DNA of 47,688 nucleotides from assembly GCA_965552135.1 (NCBI GenBank), contig CBEVQY010000023.1, forward strand, positions 1 through 47,688. The letters are read 5' to 3'. Source of the stretch: an uncultured bacterium (GTDB lineage: Bacteria; UBP14; UBA6098; B30-G16). Shown here piece by piece: positions 1 through 7,598 of the stretch. The notes beneath the pieces were generated by a model. The model did no database searches. It saw nothing but the letters and a program-made list of their open reading frames with translations, and was not told where the DNA came from. The translations under genes and the position numbers were made by a program. How positions within the stretch are numbered: position 1 is the first letter of the stretch; each line of letters begins with the position of its first letter.

Positions 1-386
1 CGAACACGGTATGTTCGAGCGGTAGCTGTGTGAGCAGCGGATATTGTGGTTATGGTAGTTGGAGCTGCAGCAACAGCTGCACGGCGCAGCGGACGAGGTA
101 TCGTTGTGACGGCAGTGGTAGCTGCACGTACAACGCTGGCACGGAGACGAACTACTGCAGCTCTGGTTATTACTGTTCTGGCGGCAGCTGTGTTAGTGGA
201 CATTGTGCGTCTACGACGCGTGTGTGCAACGGGTCGTGCAAGTACGACGAGACGGTGTACGACTGCGACGGCAGTGGTAGCTGTGTGGGCAGCACGACGA
301 CGTACAACTGTGCATCGAACACGGTATGTTCGAGCGGTAGCTGTGTGAGCAGCGGATATTGTGGTTATGGCAGTTGGAGCTGCAGC
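1..386 (+). repeat. Near-identical intragenic direct repeat (1-71 vs 316-386)
   Basis: 71-nt block cgaacacggtatgttcgagc...ggagctgcagc recurs 315 nt later with one mismatch (t/c at position 56). More diverged copies follow at about 478 and 793. Confidence 0.9.
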
Positions 387-1235
387 GGCAGCTGTAAGCG
401 CGAGAGGGCAAAATACCGCTGTAACGGTAGCGGCAGCTGCAGCTACAATGCTGGCACTGAAACGCAGAATTGTCCGTCGAACACAGTTTGCTCTTCGGGT
501 AGCTGCGTAAGTAGTGGTTATTGTGGCTACAGCAGCTGGAGCTGCGCCGATGTTTGTGTTCGCGAGAGGACGAAATATCGCTGCGACGGCAGCGGCAGCT
601 GCAGCTATAACGCAGGTACAGAGACGGAATTCTGCAGCTGGGGTTACTACTGTTCAAGTGGCAGTTGTGTGAGCGGGTACTGTCAGAGCCCGGGCTCCTG
701 GTACTGCAATGGTAATTGCTCACGTGATAGGACGGTATATTACTGCAATGGCGGTATCTGCGAAAGCACCACCGAGATGCAGAATTGCCCATCGAATACT
801 GTTTGTTCGGGCGGCAGCTGCGTAAGCAGCGGCTATTGCGATGTCAGCGCTTGGAGCTGCAGCAACAGCTGCACCGCTGAGCGCACATGGTACAGGTGTG
901 ACGGAAGTGGCAGCTGCACATACAATGCCGGCACTGAGGCGAATTTCTGCAGCTCAGGTTATCATTGTTCCAGCGGCAGCTGCGTGAGCGGCCCATGCGC
1001 GTCAACGAGCTATTCGTGTGTGACCGACTGCCGTGCCAAAACAACGACCTACGACTGCGATGGTTCAGGTTCGTGTGTGGGAAGCTCAACGTACACAGAT
1101 TGCACTATATTCGAAGTCTGCGAGGGTGGCTCTTGCGTTGCTGGGTCATGCGATCCCATGGGCTTTGCGTGCTGCTGTGAGGGAGTATGTTCGGAGGCTC
1201 CCAATCCTTGTGCGCCATATTGTCCCACTAAGTAG
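3..1235 (+). CDS. Cys/Ser/Gly-rich tandem-repeat protein, 5'-truncated by window edge (likely secreted/surface, disulfide-rich)
   Basis: Frame is open from the window start (NTVCSSGSCVSSGYC...) to TAG at 1233-1235. It has seven 8-Cys repeat units of about 51-54 aa plus a 9-Cys C-terminal cap ending PYCPTK, about 65 Cys in about 410 aa. Confidence 0.85.
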   Translation, partial: NTVCSSGSCVSSGYCGYGSWSCSNSCTAQRTRYRCDGSGSCTYNAGTETNYCSSGYYCSGGSCVSGHCASTTRVCNGSCKYDETVYDCDGSGSCVGSTTTYNCASNTVCSSGSCVSSGYCGYGSWSCSGSCKRERAKYRCNGSGSCSYNAGTETQNCPSNTVCSSGSCVSSGYCGYSSWSCADVCVRERTKYRCDGSGSCSYNAGTETEFCSWGYYCSSGSCVSGYCQSPGSWYCNGNCSRDRTVYYCNGGICESTTEMQNCPSNTVCSGGSCVSSGYCDVSAWSCSNSCTAERTWYRCDGSGSCTYNAGTEANFCSSGYHCSSGSCVSGPCASTSYSCVTDCRAKTTTYDCDGSGSCVGSSTYTDCTIFEVCEGGSCVAGSCDPMGFACCCEGVCSEAPNPCAPYCPTK

Positions 1236-1276
1236 ACCGGCTGTGGTATTTGGAGCTTTTCTGTGGAGGGGCGTCT

Positions 1277-2746
1277 ATGTTTAGGCGGTGCGTTGTTCTG
1301 CTTTTTGCTGCTTTCGCCGCAGCGCAGACTGTGCACATAACGCTTGTGTCCTCGCTCTCAAACGAGTTTGCTGTTGCAAGCGATAACTCCGTTGCCCTTG
1401 TTGCGAACGACCTTGGCGCTGACCGCGTGAAGCTTACGGTAAGGTATGTCCTCCCCGACACATCCGCGGATCCTGCGGCGGTGGGGCAGTTTAACGAGTG
1501 CATCCGGAGGCTCATCATCCAGCGCTATTTCCCCGAAAAGCTGCCCGCCTACATCGTTTCACGCTACACCCACCTGCGCGACACGTTATGGGACAAAGAC
1601 GCCTATATCTGCGGCATCCCCGCAGAAAGCGTCAGAGTTTTGCAAAAGCTTAAGTGGCAGGATGTTTACCGCGAGAACGAATCGGCACTCGATAGCTTGG
1701 GGCGCAATTTCCCGCGCGTCTTCATAAACGGTCGCCAGCTCTTCGGATGGGGCGGCGACTACCCAACGCTTAAGCTTGTTGTGGAAAGGACTCTTTCGTT
1801 CGGTGAAGGCGCCGTTTATAGGTGTTTCTCCGACATCGACTGCTTTACACCAATCGATACGCTGCGCGGAAGATGCTCCTTCCGCCCAAGCGGAGGCGTT
1901 TGCGTGTATGAATACGCTTTCCCCGTGAAACTCTACATCCTTCGCTCGTCGAATCCGTTCGAGCCTGTGCCAGCGAATTTCCTGCAGAACTTGCGCTTCT
2001 GGTTCCCACGGCTGGAGGTGGTGGAGCTCGATCCGCAAACGCCGGATTTCAAAAACTACATCGACTTGATCCCATCTTCATACAACACCCTCCCGATCTA
2101 CATCCTGAGCTCCAACGCCGAGCTTGATGCCTCGTTTCCACAGATTGCCCATATGCTCACCAAGGTCGACACCTTATTCGTCTTCAACCGGCCGGTGATA
2201 TCGGAGTACGTCGAGAACGAGGAGGTCCCCCACCGTGTGGATGTGTTTGTGGCGCCTATGTGTCCCTATTCGCTTCAGTTCGAGCGCCTGTTCTTCAGGG
2301 ATTTTGTGAGGGGTGGGCAGTTCGTTCCGAACGATTCCGTGAAGGCGGTGAACTTCCACATCATGATAAAAAGCGACGGCGTGCACTACCACATGCTCCA
2401 CGGGCAAGCCGAAGTGGAGGAGGTGAGGAGGCAGCTTGTTGTGCGGCAGTTTTTCGCCGACAGGTTCTTCGACTACCTCAGATGCCGTGCCGAAAACATC
2501 CAAGGCGACTGGACTGTGTGCGCACAAGCAGCAGGGATCGACACGGCAAAGCTTAGAGAGCTTGTCAGCCAAAAAAGCGATTCGCTTATAAGGGAGGAGA
2601 TAGAGGTCCTCAGCAGGTACATCGTCGACTCCACGCCGACCTTCATCTACAAAAACAAATACAGGTTCAATTCGTTGAAGGACTTCGCTAAGATGATTGG
2701 CTGGCACCTTGAGGAAGTGATCGATGATGGGCAATGCTATTACTAA
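1277..2746 (+). CDS. Exported thioredoxin-fold (GILT/DsbA-like) protein 1; N-domain lacks the catalytic Cys, C-domain has CPYS
   Basis: GGAGG RBS before ATG 1277; signal peptide MFRRCVVLLFAAFAAA; 4-Cys linker CFSDIDC..C..C; C-terminal VDVFVAPMCPYS, MLHGQAEVEE, YLRCR..W..CA and TPTF cis-Pro-like motif. Clearly paralogous to the next two ORFs. Confidence 0.7.
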   Translation: MFRRCVVLLFAAFAAAQTVHITLVSSLSNEFAVASDNSVALVANDLGADRVKLTVRYVLPDTSADPAAVGQFNECIRRLIIQRYFPEKLPAYIVSRYTHLRDTLWDKDAYICGIPAESVRVLQKLKWQDVYRENESALDSLGRNFPRVFINGRQLFGWGGDYPTLKLVVERTLSFGEGAVYRCFSDIDCFTPIDTLRGRCSFRPSGGVCVYEYAFPVKLYILRSSNPFEPVPANFLQNLRFWFPRLEVVELDPQTPDFKNYIDLIPSSYNTLPIYILSSNAELDASFPQIAHMLTKVDTLFVFNRPVISEYVENEEVPHRVDVFVAPMCPYSLQFERLFFRDFVRGGQFVPNDSVKAVNFHIMIKSDGVHYHMLHGQAEVEEVRRQLVVRQFFADRFFDYLRCRAENIQGDWTVCAQAAGIDTAKLRELVSQKSDSLIREEIEVLSRYIVDSTPTFIYKNKYRFNSLKDFAKMIGWHLEEVIDDGQCYY

Positions 2747-4178
2747 ATACCTTGCATTTCTTTTGCCCGCTTTTCTGACCGCAGAGCCCGTAGAGGTTGA
2801 TCTTTTTATCATGAGCAAGTGTCCTTACGGGGTTGGCGCGCAGCAGGTTGTACTCGACCTCCAAAAGCTTGGGCTTCCGGGTGTGCGCTGGGAGTTCCAC
2901 TACATCTGCGACTACGACGGCAATGACTTCTCGAGCCTGCACGGTGAAAGTGAAGTTGCCGAGGATATGCGGCAGAAGGTTATCCTCAAGCACTTTGGCG
3001 ACAGGGCGCGGCGCTATCTTTTGAGCCGCACAAGCCACTTTGGCGACGATAACTGGCAAATCGACGCCGTATTTGCCGGCATCCCCGTCGATTCGATTGA
3101 GCTTTTGGTCGAGCGAGAAGGGACGCAGCTGCTTGCCGCCGACGCCGAACTGTGCGAATCCCTAAATGTATCCGCATCACCAACACTCTTCATCAACGGC
3201 AGAAGACTTATGGGTTGGAAGAACGACTATCCAACGCTTTATATGATCCTCGCAAGGGCAACCGGCTTTTCGAACGACCTAAGCTGCTTTGATGACATAG
3301 ACTGCTTCACGCCAATAGACACGCTGTACGGCTATTGCTCTGCAAGACCTAACGGTGGGCGATGTATGTACGAGTATGCTCTCGAGGTCAACGCCAGCCT
3401 GCTTGTCCCGGATAGGTCCGACAGAGGGCTTTTGGGGCAGGTGCGGCAAAACCTTATGCAATATTTCCCAAACCTCAAGATCACGGTGGTCGACACCTCC
3501 GATTCGCTTTTCAAGCGCCTCAATGAGGAGTTCGGCTTCAACTTCCTCCCGCTTGTCCTTCTTGGGGACGAGGCGACGAAGATGTACTCCTTTGGCAAGT
3601 TCAAGCTTAAGATGCATCCGCAAAAGCTTTCGGATTCTTACTGGGTGACGACGGCGAACGTTCGCCCCAAGTATTTGCTTTCGACGCGCCAGATGCCCGA
3701 CACGCTCGTGCTCTGCGTGATGTCGTACTGCCCCTTTGGGAACAACGCCTTGATGGAATACATCGATCGTTTCGTGGGCGTCGACGGGAACGCCCCTAAC
3801 CCAGGAGCCCCTGCACTTTACGTGCGCTATATAGTCAACTACGAAGGGGGTGAGTTTGTGAGCCTGCACGGCGAGGAGGAGGTTGAGGAGGATAAGATTC
3901 AGGCGGTTATCCAAAGGTATTTTCCGCAGGCTTTTCTATCGTATTTGAGATGCAGGGCTTTTAACGTTGAGGGCACAATTTGGCAGGAGTGTGCAGCCGC
4001 GGCTGGCCTGGATACCGCCGAGGTCTTGCGGCTGGTCGAACTTAAGGGCGACGAAATCCTCGCCCAGGACGCGGAATTTTGCCGCAAGAACAACATAATG
4101 GCAAGCCCAACATATATCTGGCAGAACAAGGAGGTCGTATCGGGCTTTGACGAGGTTGTGGAAAGGAGGTGGCGATGA
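2727..4178 (+). CDS. Exported tandem thioredoxin-fold (GILT/DsbA-like) protein 2
   Basis: Signal peptide; two domains with FIMSKCPYG / CVMSYCPFG, SLHGESEVAED / SLHGEEEVEED and SPTLFING / SPTYIW; same CFDDIDCFTPIDTL linker as protein 1. Overlaps the upstream stop; start could be 2724 or 2727. Confidence 0.75.
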   Translation: MGNAITKYLAFLLPAFLTAEPVEVDLFIMSKCPYGVGAQQVVLDLQKLGLPGVRWEFHYICDYDGNDFSSLHGESEVAEDMRQKVILKHFGDRARRYLLSRTSHFGDDNWQIDAVFAGIPVDSIELLVEREGTQLLAADAELCESLNVSASPTLFINGRRLMGWKNDYPTLYMILARATGFSNDLSCFDDIDCFTPIDTLYGYCSARPNGGRCMYEYALEVNASLLVPDRSDRGLLGQVRQNLMQYFPNLKITVVDTSDSLFKRLNEEFGFNFLPLVLLGDEATKMYSFGKFKLKMHPQKLSDSYWVTTANVRPKYLLSTRQMPDTLVLCVMSYCPFGNNALMEYIDRFVGVDGNAPNPGAPALYVRYIVNYEGGEFVSLHGEEEVEEDKIQAVIQRYFPQAFLSYLRCRAFNVEGTIWQECAAAAGLDTAEVLRLVELKGDEILAQDAEFCRKNNIMASPTYIWQNKEVVSGFDEVVERRWR

Positions 4179-5629
4179 GCGCGCGTTGGCTTGTCGCCTT
4201 TTTTGCCCTGCTCCCTGTGATGGTCGTGGGTGCCTCTGCAGACACGCTTGAGGTCGAGCTTTTCGTGATGAGCCAGTGTCCACACGGCGTCGAGGCGGAA
4301 AAAAGCATACTAAACGCCTTGGACTTGTTGGGCTATCCCGACGAGGTGCGGCTTAGCATCTACTTCATCTGCCAAAGGAAGGGGAAAAGGTGGGTGAGCC
4401 TGCACGGGGAGGTGGAGCTTGAGGAGAACAAAAGGCAGCTTGTGATAAAAAGGTTTTTCCCAAACAGGTTCTTCGATTACCTGAAAAGCCGGCTGACCCA
4501 CTATTACGATGACTCATGGCGCAAGGACGCGCTTGTTGCGGGCATCCCGCTCGATTCGGTCGAGGTGCTTGTGGAAAGGTACGGTGCAGAGCTTCTCGAC
4601 CAAAACGCGAGGGTCGCCCTCGAAAGAGGCATAGAAAGCTCCCCCACCCTTTTTGTAAACGGCGTCAAGGTGGAGGACTGGAAAAGTGAGCTTTCCGGCA
4701 TTTGGGCTTTGTTCGCTAAGGCTGCGGGCAGGCTGGACCCAGACGTTTGCTACAGCGATATCTCCTGCTTCGACTTCTCGAGGGGCGAGTTTGGCGTGTG
4801 CGTTCGAAGCGCAAGCGATTCCGTTGGCAGGTGCGTTTTCGGCGACGAGGCGCAGAAGTATCTTGCGAAGCGCAGTGCTCCCCCAAGTGTGCCCGCGTCT
4901 CCGCCGAGCAGAGCCGCCTTCGAGGAGACTCCACCTCCGCCGAGGTTTGAAATCCCTGAGGGCGCAACCCTCATCGCGGCGCAAAGTTTCGACTTCGGTG
5001 TCATACCCGAAAGGTATCCGGTGCGTCACATTTTCACGTTCAAGAACACGACGACCGACACCTTGGTCTTCGCTGGTTTGGGCGCGGTATCCGGCGGGCG
5101 CGGCATAGGCTATGCTTTGAACACGAGCAGGTACGACGGCAGGATCGACACGCTGCGCCCGGGGGAGTCGTATGTGGTTTCGGTGTTCTTGAGGTGCGAC
5201 CTTGTGCCTAAGGCGCAAAGCGCCGTCGCCGGAACCGTGGCTGTGCTTTTCGAGGGGGGCAAGTACGCCCAGTTTGCCGTAAGCGCCAAGTTCGGAGAGT
5301 GGGAGCTTGTGGAAGTGCTGCAGTGTCCGGGCTTCAACCTTTGCGATTCCTCGTGCGCTGACGCCGTTCAGGCCGGTGCGCTGAGGCTGAAGAACATCTC
5401 ACGCGACACGATCAAGGTCCTCATAAAGGACTTCCCGTTCGACATGTACTCCGACGTCTCGGTCGACCCGTCGGTGGTTCCGCCCGGCGAGGAATTTTTG
5501 CTTGTGCTGCACCCCCTTTTCGACTACAACTTCACGGTCTACAGCGAGATTCCCGTAATTTTCGACGTCGTCAACGCGAGGACCGGTGCACGCGTCACGT
5601 GCTGCGCTCCCCTGCAGTGCAGGCGTTAG
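4175..5629 (+). CDS. Exported thioredoxin-fold (GILT-like) protein 3 fused to Pro-rich linker and DUF1573-like Ig domains
   Basis: AAGGAGGT RBS and ATGA overlap; signal peptide; FVMSQCPHG, SLHGEVELEE, SPTLFVNG; CYSDISC linker; PPSVPASPP..PPPP linker; FDFGVIPE..VRHIFTFKN Ig-like (DUF1573-type) start. Confidence 0.7.
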   Translation: MSARWLVAFFALLPVMVVGASADTLEVELFVMSQCPHGVEAEKSILNALDLLGYPDEVRLSIYFICQRKGKRWVSLHGEVELEENKRQLVIKRFFPNRFFDYLKSRLTHYYDDSWRKDALVAGIPLDSVEVLVERYGAELLDQNARVALERGIESSPTLFVNGVKVEDWKSELSGIWALFAKAAGRLDPDVCYSDISCFDFSRGEFGVCVRSASDSVGRCVFGDEAQKYLAKRSAPPSVPASPPSRAAFEETPPPPRFEIPEGATLIAAQSFDFGVIPERYPVRHIFTFKNTTTDTLVFAGLGAVSGGRGIGYALNTSRYDGRIDTLRPGESYVVSVFLRCDLVPKAQSAVAGTVAVLFEGGKYAQFAVSAKFGEWELVEVLQCPGFNLCDSSCADAVQAGALRLKNISRDTIKVLIKDFPFDMYSDVSVDPSVVPPGEEFLLVLHPLFDYNFTVYSEIPVIFDVVNARTGARVTCCAPLQCRR

Positions 5630-6879
5630 TTGGGCAGCCAGATTTCCCCTTTTGCTGCCGCCAGCCCGGCGACGACCGGGCTTGCGAGGAAGGTCTCGCC
5701 CAAGCCCTGCTTGCCCTTGAAGTTGCGGTTGCCCGTTGAGATCTGCACTTCGCCCCTGCCCGTCATGCCGATCTGACCCTGCGCGCATCCCCCGCAGGCG
5801 GGGTGCGAGACCACAGCGCCGGCGCTAAATAGCTTTTGCCAGTCGCCCGAGGCGACGATCTGGGCAACCACCTTCCTTGTTGCGGGAACGACGCGCATGA
5901 TTGTGCCCTCCGCCACAGGTGCATTTCCCATCGCCTCGACCGCAGCGGCGATGTCCTCGGCTCTGCCGTTTGTGCAGCTTCCAACGAAGACCGAGTCGAC
6001 CTTCTTGCCGAGGTAGTCGCGCACGGGGTGGACGTTGTCGGGCGAAAACGGCGCCGCCAAGAGGGGCTCGAGCTCGGTTACGTCGACGGTGTACTCTGCC
6101 TCGTAGCGCGCGTCGGCGTCGGCGTAAATGGGCTCAAAGTCCCAGCGGGGGGACGAAAGCTCGTCAAGTTCGCGCAAAAGCCCCTCCGTCGGCGGGATGA
6201 TGATCGATATAAGCCCCATCTCCGTTCCCATCGATGCGACGGTTATCCGCCCCGCAAGGTTCAGGGAGTCGATGTAGTCTCCGTAAAGCTCCACGACTCT
6301 TCCCAAAAGCCCGTGCGACCCGAATTTCTGCAGCAGGGCGAGGACGAAGTCCTTGGGTGTGACAAGCTCGTTTTTGGGCATGCCCTCGACGTTTATCCTC
6401 ACCGTGGGCGGCACTGTGAACCAAACCTTTCCCGTGGCGAAGGCGAAGGCGATGTCCCTGTCGCCCATCCCCTGCCCGAAGGCGCCTATCGCCCCCATTA
6501 TGTTGAAGTGGCTGTCGGTTCCGACGGCGGTCATGCCAGGGCGAACCCAGCCTTCCTCGATGAGCGTGTGCGTCCCTATGCCGCGGTTGACGTCGTAGAG
6601 GGTTACCCCGAACCTTCGTGCGAACGTTCGACAGAGCTGCTGGTTTTCGGCGTATGGGATCGTGTTTGCCGGCGCCACCGTGTCGAACGTAAACGCCGTG
6701 CGCTCAGGGTCAGCAACCGGGTTTTCGGGGAAGTGCTCCAAGAGGTGCTTGACGACGTTAGGACCGCCGAAATCGCGGGCCGTGCGGACGTCGACGAAAA
6801 GCCAAACGGTATCGCCCACAGAAACGTCCCGACCGCCGCTGTGGCTGGAAAATATCTTCTCGATTATCGTCTTGCCCAT
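5626..6879 (-). CDS. leuC: 3-isopropylmalate dehydratase/homoaconitase family large subunit
   Basis: MGKTIIEKI start, GTDSH, GSCTNGR, CGGC and STGNRNFKG aconitase-family motifs; GGAGGG RBS. Substrate (leucine vs homoaconitate pathway) cannot be resolved. Confidence 0.85.
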   Translation of the reverse strand: MGKTIIEKIFSSHSGGRDVSVGDTVWLFVDVRTARDFGGPNVVKHLLEHFPENPVADPERTAFTFDTVAPANTIPYAENQQLCRTFARRFGVTLYDVNRGIGTHTLIEEGWVRPGMTAVGTDSHFNIMGAIGAFGQGMGDRDIAFAFATGKVWFTVPPTVRINVEGMPKNELVTPKDFVLALLQKFGSHGLLGRVVELYGDYIDSLNLAGRITVASMGTEMGLISIIIPPTEGLLRELDELSSPRWDFEPIYADADARYEAEYTVDVTELEPLLAAPFSPDNVHPVRDYLGKKVDSVFVGSCTNGRAEDIAAAVEAMGNAPVAEGTIMRVVPATRKVVAQIVASGDWQKLFSAGAVVSHPACGGCAQGQIGMTGRGEVQISTGNRNFKGKQGLGETFLASPVVAGLAAAKGEIWLPN

Positions 6880-6881
6880 CG

Positions 6882-7337
6882 TCAACCCTCCTTCGTCCGC
6901 CAGTCGTAGGGAATGCTGTTCTCGTAGGGGTCGATTCGGTACTCATCGGGTTTATCGTAGTTGTACGGCTCGGTGGGGATGTTGACGATTATCGCCTCCT
7001 CCGTCCCAACGCACTTCCAGCCGTGGTAAACTCCCGGCGGTATGTGCAGGAGCATGGGGTTGTGGACCCCTATGTAGAACTCGTTTATTTCGCCGTAGGT
7101 TGGCGAGTCGGTTCTTGCGTCGAAGAGGGCGACGCGTATCATCCCCTTCACGCAGGCGAAGTTATCGGACTGGATTTTGTGGTAATGCCATGCCTTGACG
7201 ATGCCGGGATAGGTTGTGGTTATGTAGACCTGACCGAACTTTTCGAAAATCTCGTCGTCGCAGCGCAAAATCTCCATAAGTCTGCCGCGATCGTCGGGTA
7301 TTACGCGAAGCCTTTTCGCCTTGACGCCATCTATCAT
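6882..7337 (-). CDS. rfbC: dTDP-4-dehydrorhamnose 3,5-epimerase family cupin
   Basis: MIDGV..DDRGRLME, KAWHYH, DARTDSPTYG and IPPGVYHGW motifs; GGAGG RBS before ATG 7337. Confidence 0.8.
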   Translation of the reverse strand: MIDGVKAKRLRVIPDDRGRLMEILRCDDEIFEKFGQVYITTTYPGIVKAWHYHKIQSDNFACVKGMIRVALFDARTDSPTYGEINEFYIGVHNPMLLHIPPGVYHGWKCVGTEEAIIVNIPTEPYNYDKPDEYRIDPYENSIPYDWRTKEG

Positions 7338-7351
7338 CTCGACCTCCCTTC

Positions 7352-7367
7352 TGGCACGGTTGTTGCA
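7352..7367 (+). promoter_or_regulatory. Sigma-54 (-24/-12) promoter
   Basis: TGGCACGGTTGTTGCA matches TGGCAC-N5-TTGC(A/T) with exact GG(-24)/GC(-12) spacing, about 65 nt upstream of a small ORF with a strong RBS. Confidence 0.65.
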
Positions 7368-7432
7368 CAATCATTGGTGGAAGGTGGTGGATAGGGCACG
7401 GAGATTGTGCGTTGGGGTACAGGAGGTGAACG

Positions 7433-7561
7433 ATGGGGAACAGGATTAGAAGGACGCTTGGCGACTACATCTGCGATGTTGTTGTAACTGTCGCCTGGCT
7501 TGCGGGGCTCTTCCTTTGGGGTGCCACCATTTGGGGCATAATATCGGGGCTTATGCAGTAG
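7433..7561 (+). CDS. Small (42 aa) single-pass membrane protein, below the ORF-track cutoff
   Basis: AGGAGGTGA RBS at 7421-7429; MGNRIRRTLGDYICDVVVTVAWLAGLFLWGATIWGIISGLMQ*, with a basic N-terminus then a hydrophobic stretch; fills an otherwise empty 260-nt gap. Confidence 0.65.
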   Translation: MGNRIRRTLGDYICDVVVTVAWLAGLFLWGATIWGIISGLMQ

Positions 7562-7598
7562 CTTGCCCCTCATCCCTCCCACAGACTGCCCCATCGTA

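Noticed and set aside
1..1235. Repeats as a CRISPR array or DGR template/variable region
   Set aside because: The repeats are in-frame protein-coding units with no spacer structure. The mismatches are not adenine-specific, and no cas or reverse transcriptase gene is in the window.
1277..5629. Selenocysteine recoding in the thiol oxidoreductases
   Set aside because: No in-frame TGA occurs at the active-site motifs; the ORFs are continuous.
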